Assembly (NCBI GenBank): GCA_051362555.1
Contig: CM120645.1
Span: 3,906,001 to 3,970,000 of the forward strand
Source of the DNA: Lingula anatina
Lineage: Eukaryota; Animalia; Brachiopoda
Direction of reading: 5' to 3'
DNA: 64,000 nucleotides
Positions 11,963 to 27,500 of this stretch are shown one piece after another (within the stretch, counting starts at the first letter, position 1; each line of letters opens with the position of its first letter). The position numbers and the translations under genes were made by a program. The notes under the pieces are model-generated. The model was given only the letters and a program-made list of their open reading frames with translations, had not been told where the DNA came from and ran no database searches.

Positions 11963-14900
11963 CTATTCATCTCGTTTTTTCTCAAAACCGTAACCAGCTT
12001 TCAACACTGTGACCTCATCAAAGCGTTTTCCGACGATCATGAGGCCAACCGGAAGTCCACCTGCAAATCCAGCGTTGATGCTGAGTGCCGGGTGGTGAGT
12101 TAGGTTGAACTGAGCTGCGTTGTTGAGCATTCCAAAGATTTTGTCCAAGTTCTCTGAAAGCAAACCAAGCGTCTGCGTGAATACACAAACGTCAATGAAC
12201 TATTCTTCTGGGGTTTGAGTTATATCATAAAACGAAATGAAAATAATGTGAGTAAAAGTATATTTATGAGTATTTATGAGTGAAGAGCCTTTACGTTTTA
12301 AAACGATCAGTACAAATACAGCATATTTGCTCTTTCGATACCTGTTCGATATGCACAAACTGTGATCACGAAAGGTTGTGTTATACTTTTACAACATTTA
12401 AATTTTTTAATTGACAAGTAAATTATAATGTGTAAAATGAATTTATTCATTTACAACTCTTTTCATTTTTCATACCCTGTATACTTGCTCCCCGTTTTGG
12501 CAACTCTGCCTGCAAAGTGCGCATCGTGGGCATGACGAGTACGTCATAGTTGGCGAGAGCGTCGTCATAGGCCTTCCGCAGCAGTCGTGTACAGTTCATG
12601 GCTTTAGCATAGTGGATGTGGTTGTAGCGTTGTTTAGTATATTCCGCGAGTAAGGAGAATATCTTGACAGTGTGCGAAATGTCGTTGAAATGGGTTCTTA
12701 TCCCTCGAGCCGTGGCCTGTTGCATGGAAGTTGGGTAGAATCCAGGGAATCCGAAGGCGGTACCTGGAACCAGAACGAAATCAGTAAGCAGTTTGGAGAA
12801 TTTTTCACAAAAGTCCTTCATTCGTGATTGGTTCTTGATAATGAGCGTCTTTCTAGTCTAGCAGGTTGATGAGAGACTCACTAGTCCACCACTTCCCAGC
12901 AGGCAATAGGCGTTAAACAAACGTTGAAACAACGTCAGCTACCAACGTTCATTATATTACCCGTTCTTTACTACCGCCGTTTATGCATAATGTTATCAAC
13001 AGGGTTCTTGTCATCCTATATCTTCATATCTTTAGATAGTCTTTGCTTTTATCTCATGTGCATGTGATATCACATGAAATAAGGAAATAAAGGTATAACT
13101 TACCTCCCGCGTTAAGGGAATTTTCGCAGCTGCCTTCATATAATATTGGCACTGCGATCTTTCCTCCTGAAAAGCAAACAACTTTTAAATGAGTTTCCAG
13201 GTATTGAAATATTTGGACAAAAGTCAAGTTTTTTCCTTCAAATTCATTTGTCAATAAAACAGCGCTCCCGATGGAGCCAGGTCTTTCCCGCTCTATCACT
13301 AGAATACACCTTACCAGTAATATGCATTGGGATACTTATTTCTTCCACAGTGGCACCGGCTGCCTCAAAATACTGCATGGCGGACCGAACTGTGGACTCC
13401 ATGTCGCTGTTACATTGAGCAAAGCCTTCTTTCAGCAAACCCACTTTCATGCCAGTCAAATCAGCAGTCAACTAGCAGATGAGAAGGATCAAATAAACAC
13501 ATGTAAATTATGTCTAGTTATCGTGGATTTATTTCGGATACAAGTTTCATTTACTTGTACTTACTCCAGTATCACCCGCCTTGAAAAGAACTAGGTCTAT
13601 CTCTAAATTAATTTTTATATTAACCAATGACAGTTCAAAATGCAATTTTTGTACATTGAGAGAAACTGTGGCTAAAGTATTTGATCCCATTTTTGTCTCA
13701 AAACTTATTTCTTTTTTGTTCAGTAAACAGCATATTTGACTTGCCTTTATAAAAAAAATTAGAAATACAACATGGCATAACCAACTGATGCCTCCTTAAA
13801 GGAAGTAACTCTTACCAGTTTTGAATACTCGGGCACCACGATGTTTGGCGGCTGTCTGGGGTCAAGGTCGTCATCATATCCAGCAATCACCTGGATTGGT
13901 TGAAATGATAATGGAAAAATGTATGAAATATTAAATTATATTCACAGAATACAACAAATTTGAATACTGAATATATCAATGTCTGATCCCACTCGCCAAA
14001 GAGATTCAGATTCGCGCCATAAAATACTGGTAGTCTGTCACGAATTTTTTATATTGCTGGTATTTTAATTTTGTATTTATTTTGAAAGCGCCTGACATCA
14101 GATGGTAAATGAACTCTATGTACATGTATGATCCCGCTATCACATGTCTTCGGTGGACCAGACAATTCATGGTTCTTTCGTATTTACCTCTAGCAGCAGG
14201 GCGCTATCTTCCACCGTTCTTGTCATGGGTCCAAGATGGTCCAAGAAGGGCTGAACGGTGGACGCACCGGTGTACGGAACCAACCCCCACGTAGGTTTTA
14301 ACCCCACAATACCACACCACGCGGCGGGTATACGTATAGATCCTCCTTGGTCGCCACCAAGAGCCATGTCAATCTGTCCTCCGGCGACCTTAAAAAAGAC
14401 TTTTTTATGTAATGCCAACTAAGACAAAATTTACGGGAATTTACTCTATAATTTACGAAATTTAACCATACTTTTGTACATATCTTAGATATAATTGCAA
14501 ATTGTGCGCCTAAATAAAATGACAGACGTGTTATTATGCCAAAATGCACTCGTTGCGACCAATGTAATATGTTCATGACGATTAAATCGCTCTGCTTACC
14601 AGAGCTGCACTTCCGGAACTAGACCCACCAGTTGTACGTGTTGTATCATACGGGTTCAAAACCGGCATCTTGCTGTTAGTGGCACCGGAGCCCTTGAAGC
14701 ATAGGTCTTCAACTGCGGTTTTTCCAAGAATCCGCCCTCCTGAAGAAGGAAAAAAATTGCAATTGTTTTCGATTCAAGTGGCATAATTGTAAAAATATTC
14801 GAATTGTTAAATTGATGTTTAAAGTGGGTTGAGTTCCAGAAGTTCACATTACCTTCTTTAGAAATATATGAAATGCATTGAATTTGAATTTTGCCGAAAA

Positions 14901-17900
14901 AACAGCCCCTTTGGATTTCTTGACCTTATCCCCCTGTTCCTATTTTACATGCCACATTATTGTAAAGAAAAAAGGACTACGATTCCTTGTGGACCAATAT
15001 TCCTCTCATACCGGTTCCAGTAAATCTTAAACACTCACCTGCGTCCAGTATCCTGGTGACCACAGTGGCATCAAACTCTGGCATGTAGCCCTCCAACACC
15101 CTGGACCCGTTCATCATAGGTACCCCAGCCACCGCCGTGTTGTCTTTGATACCCAGGGTTTTCCCAGCCAACTTCCCAGAGGGGGCACCTTGAATATCCG
15201 TACGCCAGTACCTAATAATGTATTATTCGATGCACACAAAAATATTGATTAAAAGCTGAATATCAAAGATTTAAAACAAGGAGAATCGAGGATTTTTTTC
15301 ATAGATGGGTCTAAAGCAATCTTATATATGTACTTTAAAATGAAGTGTAAGCAGGAAAAAGCGGAAAGATATTCAAGAATTGTACCCCTTCCGCTTTCAT
15401 GTACGTATACATCCAAATAAACTCTTAGTAAACATTAAAAACGGTGGGATGTATATAAAGTAAACACTTACCAGCCATTAAAAGGGTTGTCTTTTGGCTT
15501 AGGACGCCATCCGGGTGTTCGAGGGTACTTAACAGGCAAATTGGGTTCTGACAGTTCATCCAGTATACCGTAATCCTCTTCTAGCCCTAGCAAGCGTTCT
15601 GAACGAGAAGTGTCATTTTGCATCATAGGTGACAATAAGATGTCTTGCATAAACGCTAATATCACTTTAAATGCATGAAAGAAAGAAAGCTAGAAAGGAA
15701 TAGACAGTGAGCGCTTGCATGCGTTCGTGTGTGGATGTGTGTTGGGCTTATGCTGTACATGTACCTCTATATGCAGTGAGTTCTTCTTCCGACAGTTCAA
15801 GTCCCAAGTCCTCAGCGATCTTTCTCAGCTGTTCTTTGTTGGGCGGGTGGAAAGCCGGGGCCTTGGCACACCCTTCGGGGACTGAAATAAGTTTTTTTAA
15901 TAGTTAAGACTTTATATTTGTAATATATACATCACTAGGCATCAAGGTCTGTGTAATACACGTGAGTACGTAATATAAAGAGGTTGGTCTAATGTGAGCA
16001 GGTGAAACTTGTTAAGATCCTTATATGATTACAGAAATTAAGGGCGTATCATAAGAAGTAAAGAAACCCAACCATGCAAATTGCAATAGGAAACAAAGTA
16101 CTTAACGGAAGACATTAACTTTCATAACATGTCTGACAAATGCTAATGGTAGTTAACAAAACATGACCACCGGCATTTTTCACTTTTGTTTAACGTCTTC
16201 GTAACATTCCATACACAACACAACAGGCAACTTACTTATTGTTCGACTGTGAAAAAGTGTAATTTTTCCGCTTTTTTAAAAGCAACGAAGACCAACTTCT
16301 TATCGTTCAAATACGAAATAGTTCTACTTTGAAGAAAACTCTGATTTTAACGGGGAAAGTAATAATTTCTGACTTTATGCAATCATTTAGTCTGACAGAG
16401 TCGATCTGAATCATACCAGTCCCCACATTTACTAACTCCAACACAATAACGATAACTTGGTTGCGTTAAAATTCACGGTTAAGTCTATGCTGGCTTGGTC
16501 TATATTTTCAAGGTACAAATGATTCTGTTTCACGAGATCTGTTTTAATAAACAAAAGAAAATTAATGTGGCGTCGTGCACTTGATGACTCTACAACCATT
16601 ATATAAATCTTACGTGATCATAAGTAGGTTACACAAATATTATACTGTATGTACACACCATTGTATTGTCATATAACTCTGTATACAATTGTTTTGCGTT
16701 CTCACTGGTGTGTTGAATCGAGCTAAAAATGATCTTTTTTTTTTACGATTTTATCGTTTTATAACATTACATACAAAACGAATCTTTGATAATGAAACAC
16801 GTAGCTAAAAAATGCAGTCCGGGTTGGCACGTTCTGACAGTCTAAGCATTGTTTGTGCATTACAGAACAATCATTCATCCTATGAAAGATTCCTGTTACC
16901 TTTCATCATTTTTGAACATAAGAGAACCAGTTTCATTCCAGGCGATGAAAAATAATATTTTTTAAAGACATTATAAAACGGATTCCGGCTTGCCACATCA
17001 GAAGTCACTTCAAAACTTCTTAGAAGGCTATTTATAGCGCGTCAAGAAGTACTAAAATTTTCTTAAATACCTCTCATAAATACCTTTTCCTTTATAACCA
17101 TCTTCACACCGAACATACAGGTTATATTTTGATAACCTTTCACATAATAAAAGGGGTGATGTGATATGTTATATATCGAAAAAATTATCGAGACAATCAA
17201 GTATCTGTAATTTTAAAAAATTGTATACAAATGCTTTAGCTATTTCACACCGCCAGAAAAGTAGAGATTTATTTGCATAAAGCATTATGAGGAATAAAAA
17301 AGCAGATGCACCAAATATAGCGACATGCTACAATGCTGTGCATATTGTTCCATTAGCGCAACTACCGCAATGACAAGAAGATTTCTCGTTCGTGCCCATG
17401 GATGGGTTTAAAAACTTGACCATTAAATGGGTGCGCGTGGCACAGGATGGAAAGCTGGGAATGCCAGCTTCATTCACAAGTTGTCACTTTTAATGTCTGC
17501 ATGTGACCGTAGCTGCTGCAACTCACACTGTTTTTCTTGCAAAGTTTAAAACTATATAAAATAGCCGTTACGAAAATATAGGACTCTGAAATCTTTTCTT
17601 TTATTTACATTTTGATTGAAGGGGGCATGAAGGAAAGCGAAGTGCGTATGAGCGTATAAAAAAAGTAAAACTTTGATTGTTACAAAATAAGTGCATACTG
17701 AAGCATAATGGGGCATGAACAACTACAACCTGAACTAGCAGACTTTCAGGGTGGCAAATTGGGTTTGGTTACTAGAATTTGAGATAAATTATCATATTTG
17801 TAAACAGATCATTAATTATTTACTGATTCTTAGATATGTTGTTGCAACTACCAAAAACAACCCTTTCGTTAAAAGAGCAATCGCTTGTCACATAAACCAC

Positions 17901-18720
17901 TCATGCATTTCAACTTATTATCAAATGTCTCATCCGTTGACAAAATACATTTACACCAAGCAAGTGATAATGATAGATTAATGCAATATTATAGTATCGC
18001 CTTCGTATTCAGTCTGCAAGAAAGGCGGTGTACCGTAAAAGAGTCCTCCATGATAGAGTCCGCTTCCCATTTATTTGTACGGATTAGCCCCGCCCTAAAT
18101 TTTGACCCACTTGGGTCAGGCTAACCCTAGCCATCATACACGGACCCCCAGTTTCGTTACACCGGTTTGTTTGACAGTTCTCCGTAAATAAACACAGTTA
18201 TTACATAACCCTACCTGCATTGTCTATACTACTGCTGGTCACAGACACTCACAGTGGTCAGTCTAGTGACTTCGGCCTGCCCCAATAAAGTCCACGGATT
18301 GTACAACTAGGACCCCGTAACTCGAAAGCATAGCGCATTACCACCTAGCGCAAGAGTCTCAATTCCATAACTCGCCCCATATAATACACTGTAGCCTCTA
18401 TGTGATATCGCTATTCGGAATGCGCGATGCTTTCGAGTTACGGGGCCCTGGTATGCTAATCACTCCCCCCCCCCAATGCCATTCTACTATGAATTCCGTT
18501 TTCAAATTAAAACCACACTTACATTTTGAAAGTGAGAGATGCCCAGTAGCAGCATATGAATATCACAAATAGAAGCCAGATCACTGATCACAATTAAACA
18601 GCGAAAAATAATGAACACTTTTCTATGTATGTCTTCATAAAAAGTTTTTTTCACTCATTATCAGAACAACACCAATATATGCATATCCTCACCTCCAAAA
18701 CATGTTTCCTTCTCGGCCAT
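11963..18720 (-). CDS. Amidase-signature family hydrolase, copy C (11 exons, 519 aa, apparently intact)
   Basis: Exons 18693-18720 (MAEKETCFG), 15765-15881, 15472-15598, 15039-15211, 14600-14739, 14188-14388, 13816-13890, 13315-13471, 13104-13166, 12476-12763, 11963-12153. The sum is 1560 nt, all introns are GT-AG, and the triad motifs are intact. Confidence 0.92.
18310..18448. mobile_element. Short Harbinger-like MITE (same family as 24918-25058)
   Basis: Inverted termini GGACCCCGTAACTCGAAAGCAT / ATGCTTTCGAGTTACGGGGCCC and a shared internal ATTCCATAACTCGCCC core. The TSD is not clean. Confidence 0.72.
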
Positions 18721-20369
18721 TTTGTATACTATATCCACTGTCTGTCGCGTATCAGGAAAATATTTGTCCATTGTCCAGGCGAGGTTATGTAATACCACTT
18801 ACTGGTTCATTGGTTTATCGCAGGGTCGTGGGTCGACTGGACAATATACACTTAACGGACCCTCCCCCCCTCCCCCAGGCATTTAATCAACTTAAGCTTA
18901 AACAGCAAAACGGTAAGAGGCAAAATGGCAAAAGCGAAAAAAAAAATGACTACCCTCTACTATTCCAAGAACGCGTAGATTATTTTTCGCGATATTCAAA
19001 AATATTTCTCTGGCTTTGCTCTGCACTGTAATGGAATGTAATGGAATGTGAAGTCTACATGCAATGACAATGTTGGTCACAATTACGTAACCACTTCGGG
19101 CACTGCCCCCCCCCCCCCCCCCTGATAGCAGTAAAGACAATTGATTGTTCTAACCTTGGACATAATAACGTTATTATGTCCAAGTTCTAACCTATACCTT
19201 GCTTGCTCTATTCTGACGGACAAAAACTTTGGACCTTGTTTAGACTGTGATATAGTGAAGAGCGTTTGTTGTTAGCGTAGTCACCTCGGAGATGCTCTCC
19301 TTAAGCTATTAAATTAACGCAATAGTAAGAACTATGTTTGTATTTATTTGGGTGCGTGTGGGGGTTGGTTTCCAGTGTTTCACAGTGCAAAAGGAAATGG
19401 GAGACGTGGAAATTTAATTTTCCACTTCAATGTCATATATGCATATTTAGGGCCATCTACATGTAAATATACAGCATGAGAAGGGTAAATGTATATTTAT
19501 CCAGCTCTGTCTTATGACATGACTCTTACTACTGTTTTTATAAAAGTGCGTGAGGAGATCACGTCGACAGGGATACTGCGTACACCTAAAACTTAACAAC
19601 CTCATTACAACAGTGTCACTACAGGAGGAGGTGACTTGGAGGAATCCCCTGCAGGAAAGCGTGGAATTCTTCTCAGTTCAGTTATGTAATTTTGGAAAAT
19701 GTTATAAAAACAAAATGTACTTATTCAGATTGCTTAAAACAGTTTTTTACTGCTAGATGTTCCATGACAAGACTAACATCAGTTACAGATAAGCTTTCAT
19801 TTGGTACAGTTAAATGCCTCAGTTGCGACAAGCTTTGCATTAGATCACTGAATAGAGGATATTTTCAAACGCCTGAAGGCAATTTTAGTTTGAAAACAAA
19901 CTCCGGTTACGTCTTTCCTTATTTTATAAGCGATAAATGGCCATTCACGACAGAGAGACGCCGTGACCAGTCAATTTTCCATTTGATATTGGGGAGTATG
20001 TTGTGAGCATGGATTTTGACTGTTATCAACAGTCGGCAAAGCCTAGCCTCCGCCAGATGCCACCACCTGAGTTATGACGTCAATTATGTGCAATAATTTT
20101 CGTTGGATCTCTGCGCTGTTATATCAGATGAAGTCATGCTACAGTCTTGTCAGTTTCTTTCAACTTCAGAGTGAAATAGCATTCGTTCATGTTCGGATGC
20201 ATATTTTTTGCAACCGACGTGCTAACATGGGCTAGCACCTCAGCTTGTATAACATATTTGCAGTATATAAAAATCTGAATATTTCTATATTTATTTTTCA
20301 TTATCTGGAAAAGTCAACATTTTCAGAAGTCGACGAATCCCCGTGACCAACTTTGAATTACACGATAAA

Positions 20370-21521
20370 TCATTTCTCATCTCGTTTTTTCTCGAAGCCG
20401 TATGCAGCCTTCAGCACGGTGGTTTCATCAAAGTGCTTCCCGACGATCATGAGGCCAACCGGAAGTCCATCTGCGAACCCCGCGTTGATGCTCAGGGCCG
20501 GATGATGGGTGACGTCAAACTGGGCCGTGTTCGACAGCGTCTCATTGGATTTTTCGATTTTTTCTAAAAATAGTAATATCCATATGCATAGAAGGAAAAA
20601 TATTTCGGTAATTTCGCAAAAAGCATTTAAATACCTGAAATGGGTTAAGCCGCAATAAAGAGCATGTAGAATCTATAAATATAATGTAGAGACTATAGTG
20701 GCGAAACATTTTATAGCAGTAAAACGCTTTGAACGACTACGTGGTTTCTTATACACCCAGTGGCGAAATCAGGAGAGGACGTAGCGTCGCATGACGTCAC
20801 CCTCCCTTCAATTTTAAGGTTAGTGTGCCTCTTGTTCCTCTCACCTCATCAAAAATGTACCGAGCAAAATGAGAAAATGCCTGACATGTTGACATCTCTT
20901 TACCCTAGATGTAGGCTACAGGTAATGACGAAAACGAACAAACAAACTCTCCTGCAGTTTAAAATTTGCCTCGTTTCACTTTGCAATTTTTTGTTTACAC
21001 CCCCCCCCCTCCTTTGGAAGCTTGTTAAATTTGATCATCATTACCTTTAATGCTCGATCCTTTCGCTGGTAGCTTCTGTGGCAGCTTTTGGATGGTCGGC
21101 ATGACGAGTACGTCATAGTTGGCGAGGGCGTCGTCATAGGCCTTCCGCAGCAGTCGTGCGCAGTTCATGGCTCTAGCATAGTGGATGTGGTTGTACCGTT
21201 GTTTGGTATACTCTCCGAGCAAGGCAGCCATTTTCAGTGTATGAGATACATCATTGAGATGGGTTCTTATCCCCCGAGCTGTGGCCTGTTGCATGGTAGT
21301 CGGATAAAAGCCAGGGAATCCGAAGGCAACAGCTGTAAACAACCAATTACATACGCCATTTTGAGAAAATACTTTAGAATAAAGTGTTGCTGTTGCTAAT
21401 CATTTTAGACATTTATTTGGAGCAAAGATTATGTTTTACCAGGCTGTGATAGATTTTGCACACGTCACTCCAGCATTTTGCCATAACATACTATATGCTC
21501 GCGTAGATAAATTATTACATG

Positions 21522-21572
<51 letters not shown>

Positions 21573-24500
21573 CAAAAGGTTTGTCTTAGTTTTAAATATT
21601 TTGGCAAAATTCATTAATTTTTTAAAATAACAAACATGTTTATATACACAAAACATTCAAAGTGGGATATAAAACATTCTATACTCAACCTTTACTTTAA
21701 CTGTTAATTTCATTATGTACATTCAGCAATCAAAAATAATAAAGTACCTGCTTTGAGTGTGAACTTACCGCACCCCTGCACTATGGTTTCATAGCACCCT
21801 TCAAATATAATTGGTCCTGCGATATTCCGACCTATGAAATGAAGCGATATATTTCATGAATGCATTTGATTCTTCTCACACCAAGGGGTGTACTTTAGAG
21901 GTACATACAGACTTGACATTTAATATGGAATATTTTTTTCCAAATCATTTTTCATCAGTTTTTCCTATTTTGCTGACTGGTAAATGAAAATGAGGATTAA
22001 AATCGTGTTTTAATAACTTTTAATTATCTCTTTGATATCATTGTGACATCAGTTCATTAATGGAATTCGCCAGAGAAACAAAGAAAAAGACATTGTCTGT
22101 TCTATGTCATACGACAACAATTAAAAGAGATAATTTGGATCTCCATATTTTCCTAATTATTTTTGTAAAAGAGTTACACGACTCACAAAGAACCCCCATG
22201 TCAGTGTCTAGTCACAGTAACAGTCGCTATTACGCTTGACCTCTTCTGTCTGCTACCAGAGCTCTCAAGTGGCAAGGCATTCCTTGGGTTAGGTTTTTAG
22301 AGTTCAATCTGGAATATCATTCTGGGCACCGGTCAAAATCTGTCCAATTTGGTCCAGTTTTGTTGTAGGACATGTATGCCATTGATTCGGCTAATAATGA
22401 CCTACCCACATATTGTCTATGTGGTTTAAATATTGCGATTTTGATTACCAAGGTAGCTTCTCATTCCCTTGGTTCTGTAAGTAATCTGCTATTAAAAGTG
22501 CTCTGTGTGTACCGGCAATTTCACTGTGCAACCTAAAATTGTTCCTAAGGTGCCCCCTATCAAATGATAGTCAAGTGGTTCCCAGATTATTCCTTTATTT
22601 TATCTGGTTCAGGTTTTCGTGGATGACCATCATTGGCGTTTTGGCACCAATGTGGTATCCATTCCAATTACTGACGCTATTAATGACCTTAGTCACTTTA
22701 GACGCGGCACACGCTTAGTCGTTGGCCTCTTCTGGATGTCTGTAAACTCTGTTTTGACTAGTTGAGCGGTACAAGTGAAATCTAACCTCAATAAAGAAAG
22801 CCACGAGGTTTCAGTGTTCAACTCAGAAACGGTCAAGGTCCCCAATTCATTAGAGAAACATACAACGATGTTTTGCTGTTTACTGTGGGTTCCCCTGAGG
22901 GCGTCTGGCATTCTAACCAGCTAAAACCAGTTTGGTGTTCGCTAAGGGCCTTGAAAAATGCGTTTTGGTGACAATTTACCCCTCATTCTGAACGGACTGG
23001 GTGGTTTTTGTTTAGTTGCAGTAGCATATCCCGACAGACAGTGGGTCCTGTACCCTGGTGGTAAGATTTCAATACATTAGGTTTGGCCTGTGTGTAGGTA
23101 CATCAGTCTGGGCATTACTCTATAAAACTGTGCGAGCCGTTTCGTTTGGCACAATTATCTCTCTGGCAATGTCTGACTTTTTCGCGCCATTCTGCCACAG
23201 ATTAACAAATTTGCAGAGCACTGCATAGCTCATTTTACACCTTGCAAAACCGACCACTTGCATGCAAAATTTCAAATTCTTCAATGCAGTAGTTGTCGAC
23301 ATATTGATACTTTTTTGACAGAACCATGCTGTGCCAAAGCCAAACTTTGACCTGCACAAAGGTGCACTACCCAATTAAATCACTGCATATTACATAATGC
23401 AGCAGCGCAACAAAACTGGTATTCAGTTAATTGGAAGTGACACACCTGACTACAGACTTCTCCATTCACATATCTTATATGAGATCGGAGATTTTTGAAA
23501 AAAGAATGCATTTTTACCTAGGCATACCTTCGAAACTGAAATATTCCATATTAAATGTCAAGTCTGTATATATCCATACATTATGACAGGGCCTAGCACT
23601 TATCTACGCTACATAGACTTTTCTTTCCTCTCATAAGTTCCCCACGAATTCACCCCCTTTTGTTGAGTGACGTTAATTACAATGTGAGTGGCAGTGTAGA
23701 GTGCGGCGGCTTCGTTTAGGCGAATCTCTTACACTATAGTTAATTAAGTTGTCATTCTCTCAGAGTGTACCAGTACACGTGGATTTCTAAACTATACCGC
23801 TCACATGGGCATTTGGGTAAAACACCTCGGCTCAATTCCAATGCCATTTGAGCTATTGGGTACCAATGCTATTCCAAATATTGGCTTCCAATACCATTTA
23901 AACTGTTGGGTTCCAGTACCATTCCAACCACTGTGTTTATGGGATACCCAGTTAAATATCTAATGGAGTCATGAATAATTACAAATGTAGCTCATTTTAA
24001 ATGCCATTTGTTCCTTGTAAACTGACAACAATCGACCAATGTTCCTCCGTCATTATCACATGTCTTACCGGTAATATGCATGGGGATGCTGACGTCTTCC
24101 ACGCTGGCACCGGCTGCTTTAAAATAATCCATCGCTGACCGAATGGTGGAATCAACAACACTACTTTCACATTTGTCAAATCCTTCTTTTAATACTCCCA
24201 CTTTCATGCCCGTAAGGTCTGAAGTCAGCTTTATTAAATGTAAATATGGATTAGTGACTTTCAGTGTTTTATAAAGAATGGACACATTTTCAAATTTATA
24301 AGCAACAAGTATACCAAATGCAACCATATTTTCTTATCATTTATCAACATAAAAGAAAAATAAAACAATTTGAATTATGCTCCCTTTAAACCAAATTGAT
24401 CATCAATTTACATTCTAACAATAAATAAGTCAACTTGTGTGAAAACAAACAAACATACCAGTTTTGAATACTCGGGCATCACGATGTTTGGCGGCTGTCT

Positions 24501-27500
24501 AGGGTCAAGACCGTCATCATATCCAGCGATTACCTTAATGGAAATCGTAAACTCGATATAATAAACGGATAACGGATTGTAAATATCAAACCCGGATAAA
24601 TGTTTCTATAACCAACATATAAAAATCATAACTGCTTAACTTCAGGTTACACGAAATAATAGTACAAACTGCACTGTATATAATCGTCTTTCTGAACCAT
24701 CTACCTAACAACCTTCCTACAAAGCGATTACGAATATGGTAACCCTTAATTTCTTGTTCTTTTGTTGAGAAAATGATCATATGCTAGTAAAGATAATAAA
24801 AAAACTACCCGTTACGTACAAACTGATATCAAATATGATTCACAACCCTTTGAGGTACAGTTATCTTGCGTGGATCGGAATATCTGTAGGCATGCCCTGC
24901 CTATCTCTAACATCCGGGGCTCCGTATCTCGAAAGGTTCCTATGTTGCGCACGTGTGCAAGCTTCTCGATTCCATAACTCGCCCATACTCGTCCCATATC
25001 ATACATTGTAGCTTCTATTAGCGATTCGCAATACGCGATGCATTCGAGATACGGGGCCCGGGCCTTATATTTACTCATTAGCAGTCTACATTTGCACAAA
25101 CAGTGGGCCAAAAAATAAATTAGTCGAAATGTGTTTTACAACGGTAATGTTAACAACGATTAAAAATTGCAGGTCAGGTGTAGCTTTTAGTTTACCTCTA
25201 ACATTAGGGCACAGTCTTCCACAGTTCGGGTCATGGGGCCTGCGTGGTCAATACAGGGGTGTATAACTGAAATACCAGTGTACGGAACCAAACCCCACGT
25301 GGGTTTTAACCCCACAATACCACACCATGCGGCAGGCAATCGAATAGATCCACCTTGGTCGCCACCAAGAGCCATGTCTATCTGACCTCCGGCGACCTTA
25401 GGAGGTAGAGAGAAAAATACCAGAAATACACTGTAAGGGAGAGAAAAACGTAACTTGCCAGATATGAGGAAAATAAAATAAAATTCACATATAGATGACA
25501 AATTTAAAAAGGCACAAAATGTATTGTTCTTTCATAGAAGAAAATTATTCTGGAGAATATGCATTATCAGAACCAATACCAAGGCAGCACTACCGGCGCT
25601 GGAACCCGCCGTTGATAGCGTGGCGTCGTAAGGATTCAACACTGGCAGTTTGCTGCTGGTAAAACTGCTGCCACTGATACACAGATCTTCAACTGCGGTC
25701 TTTCCGAGAATTCGTCCACCTTAACAATAAAAATGAGTGAATAAGTTATTTCTGATTGCATTATTATTATCTTTTTGCTTTGTCTTTCAAGCTTCTCTAG
25801 CTATATGGCACGGTTAAGCTAAGCAAAATAGGGCAGCGTTAAATCTTTGTCTGCAAGTCTTTGTCGACTTTTCCGTCAAAATATTTTTCCAAATCAAGAG
25901 GGTTGGAAATGTAGCAGACAGTAATTAGCTCACCTGCGTCCAGTATCCTGGTGACCACAGTGGCATCAAACTCTGGCATGTAGCCCTCCAACACCCTGGA
26001 CCCGTTCATCATAGGTACCCCAGCCACCGCCGTGTTGTCTTTGATACCCAGGGTTTTCCCAGCCAACTTCCCAGAGGGGGCACCTTGAATATCCGTACGC
26101 CAATACCTGTTCAAATAATAATTAAAAAATAAACAAATGGCTCAATAAAAATAATAATTATAATAATATTAAAGTAGGTGCTGAGAACAATTGTATGTTT
26201 CAGTGAAAATCACAAAAAATGCACAGTGGCCTACTTTTAACTTGGTTGAAAATAAGACAATTTCCAATATGACCTCATTACCTCAGCTTCATATTGAAAA
26301 ATGTGTTAAATAGACCTAGATTACAATGCCATCTTTGAAACTACATATTCAAAGCAACATTCTATTGGCGCTGTGTGAATAAACGGAGAAAAAAGGAGCA
26401 CTGAAATATTCGTCAAACATCACCCAATGGAGGTTGTTCATCCAACAAGTATTGAATCACTATAGTACACTAAAATCAAATCGATCCTTCACAACGTGAA
26501 ATAATAAAAATATTCACCAGCCATTAAAAGGGTTGTCCTCTGGCTTAGGACGCCAGCCTGGAGTTCGAGGGTATTTAACAGGCAGCGTAGGTTCTGCAAG
26601 TTCGTCTAGAATACCATACTCCTCCTCCAGGTCGAGCATGTGCTCTTAATGAAGAAAGAATATATCATTTGTAATAGCACAGGTTTAAAACCTCCACGCA
26701 TGTGCACATGGACAATACTGCAACCTCTATTGGAAGGTCCAGGATGTTACCTGCATGAGAGACTGAAATTGAAAGTGAATAAGCTATGTTTTTTGAAAGA
26801 TGTATAATTTCAGTGCTATTCCCCACCCACCCCTTTGAATACGCACAAAATGGGTTATCTATATTACCTCTGCACCTTTCCATAAGCTCTCACTTTTAAA
26901 ACTCTCGACATTTAAAACGTAAAACAATGCGTGATAATTACACAATTAAAAACCGCATATTCGTTGGGCATGTGTGCTGCAGGTATTGTTCATGTAAAAT
27001 GTAACGACCAACTTTTCTTTTAAAAGTTCTTCGAGGAAACGATGGTCCGTAATCCATGTAGTGTATTCTCAGTGTCACCAACCTAAAAAAAATTAATCTG
27101 CATAGTTTAGTGCAGAGCACAGAGCCGGGGACACATCTGGATAGCTGGGAATTCCTCCTGTAATGCTGATTGACCTGGGTTTGGGTCCCACGGTATTTTT
27201 GAAAATGTCCAATAGCTTTTGACCTCCCCTGTGTGCAAAACAACATTTACCTTTTTGAACGTGTTAAAAAAAACTACCTTCAGAGTAATAAGAAACATAA
27301 TGTGGTTAAAAATATTGAGAAAAAATATTGTCTTTTCTTGTTTAAGACCCCATTTCCATAGACTTTACATCGATCTATCCCTGTGGGGAGTCTCACTAGA
27401 TTACCGTCGGCTTAGCCGGCTTAAGCGTCTGTCCCGCCTTCTAAAAGCTGTAAGGGGGTAATTAACTATGGTGCGCGCTCGGCTGACTGCAATTTAGCGT

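Noticed and set aside
16030-17750. Possible large TE in intron 1 of copy C
   Set aside because: No convincing TIR, TSD or coding remnant was found by eye.
21088-21399. Recurrent plus-strand ORFs (also 33672-33989, 53563-53859, 8154-8489, 20343-20567)
   Set aside because: They are antisense shadows of amidase exons and recur only because the exons are duplicated.
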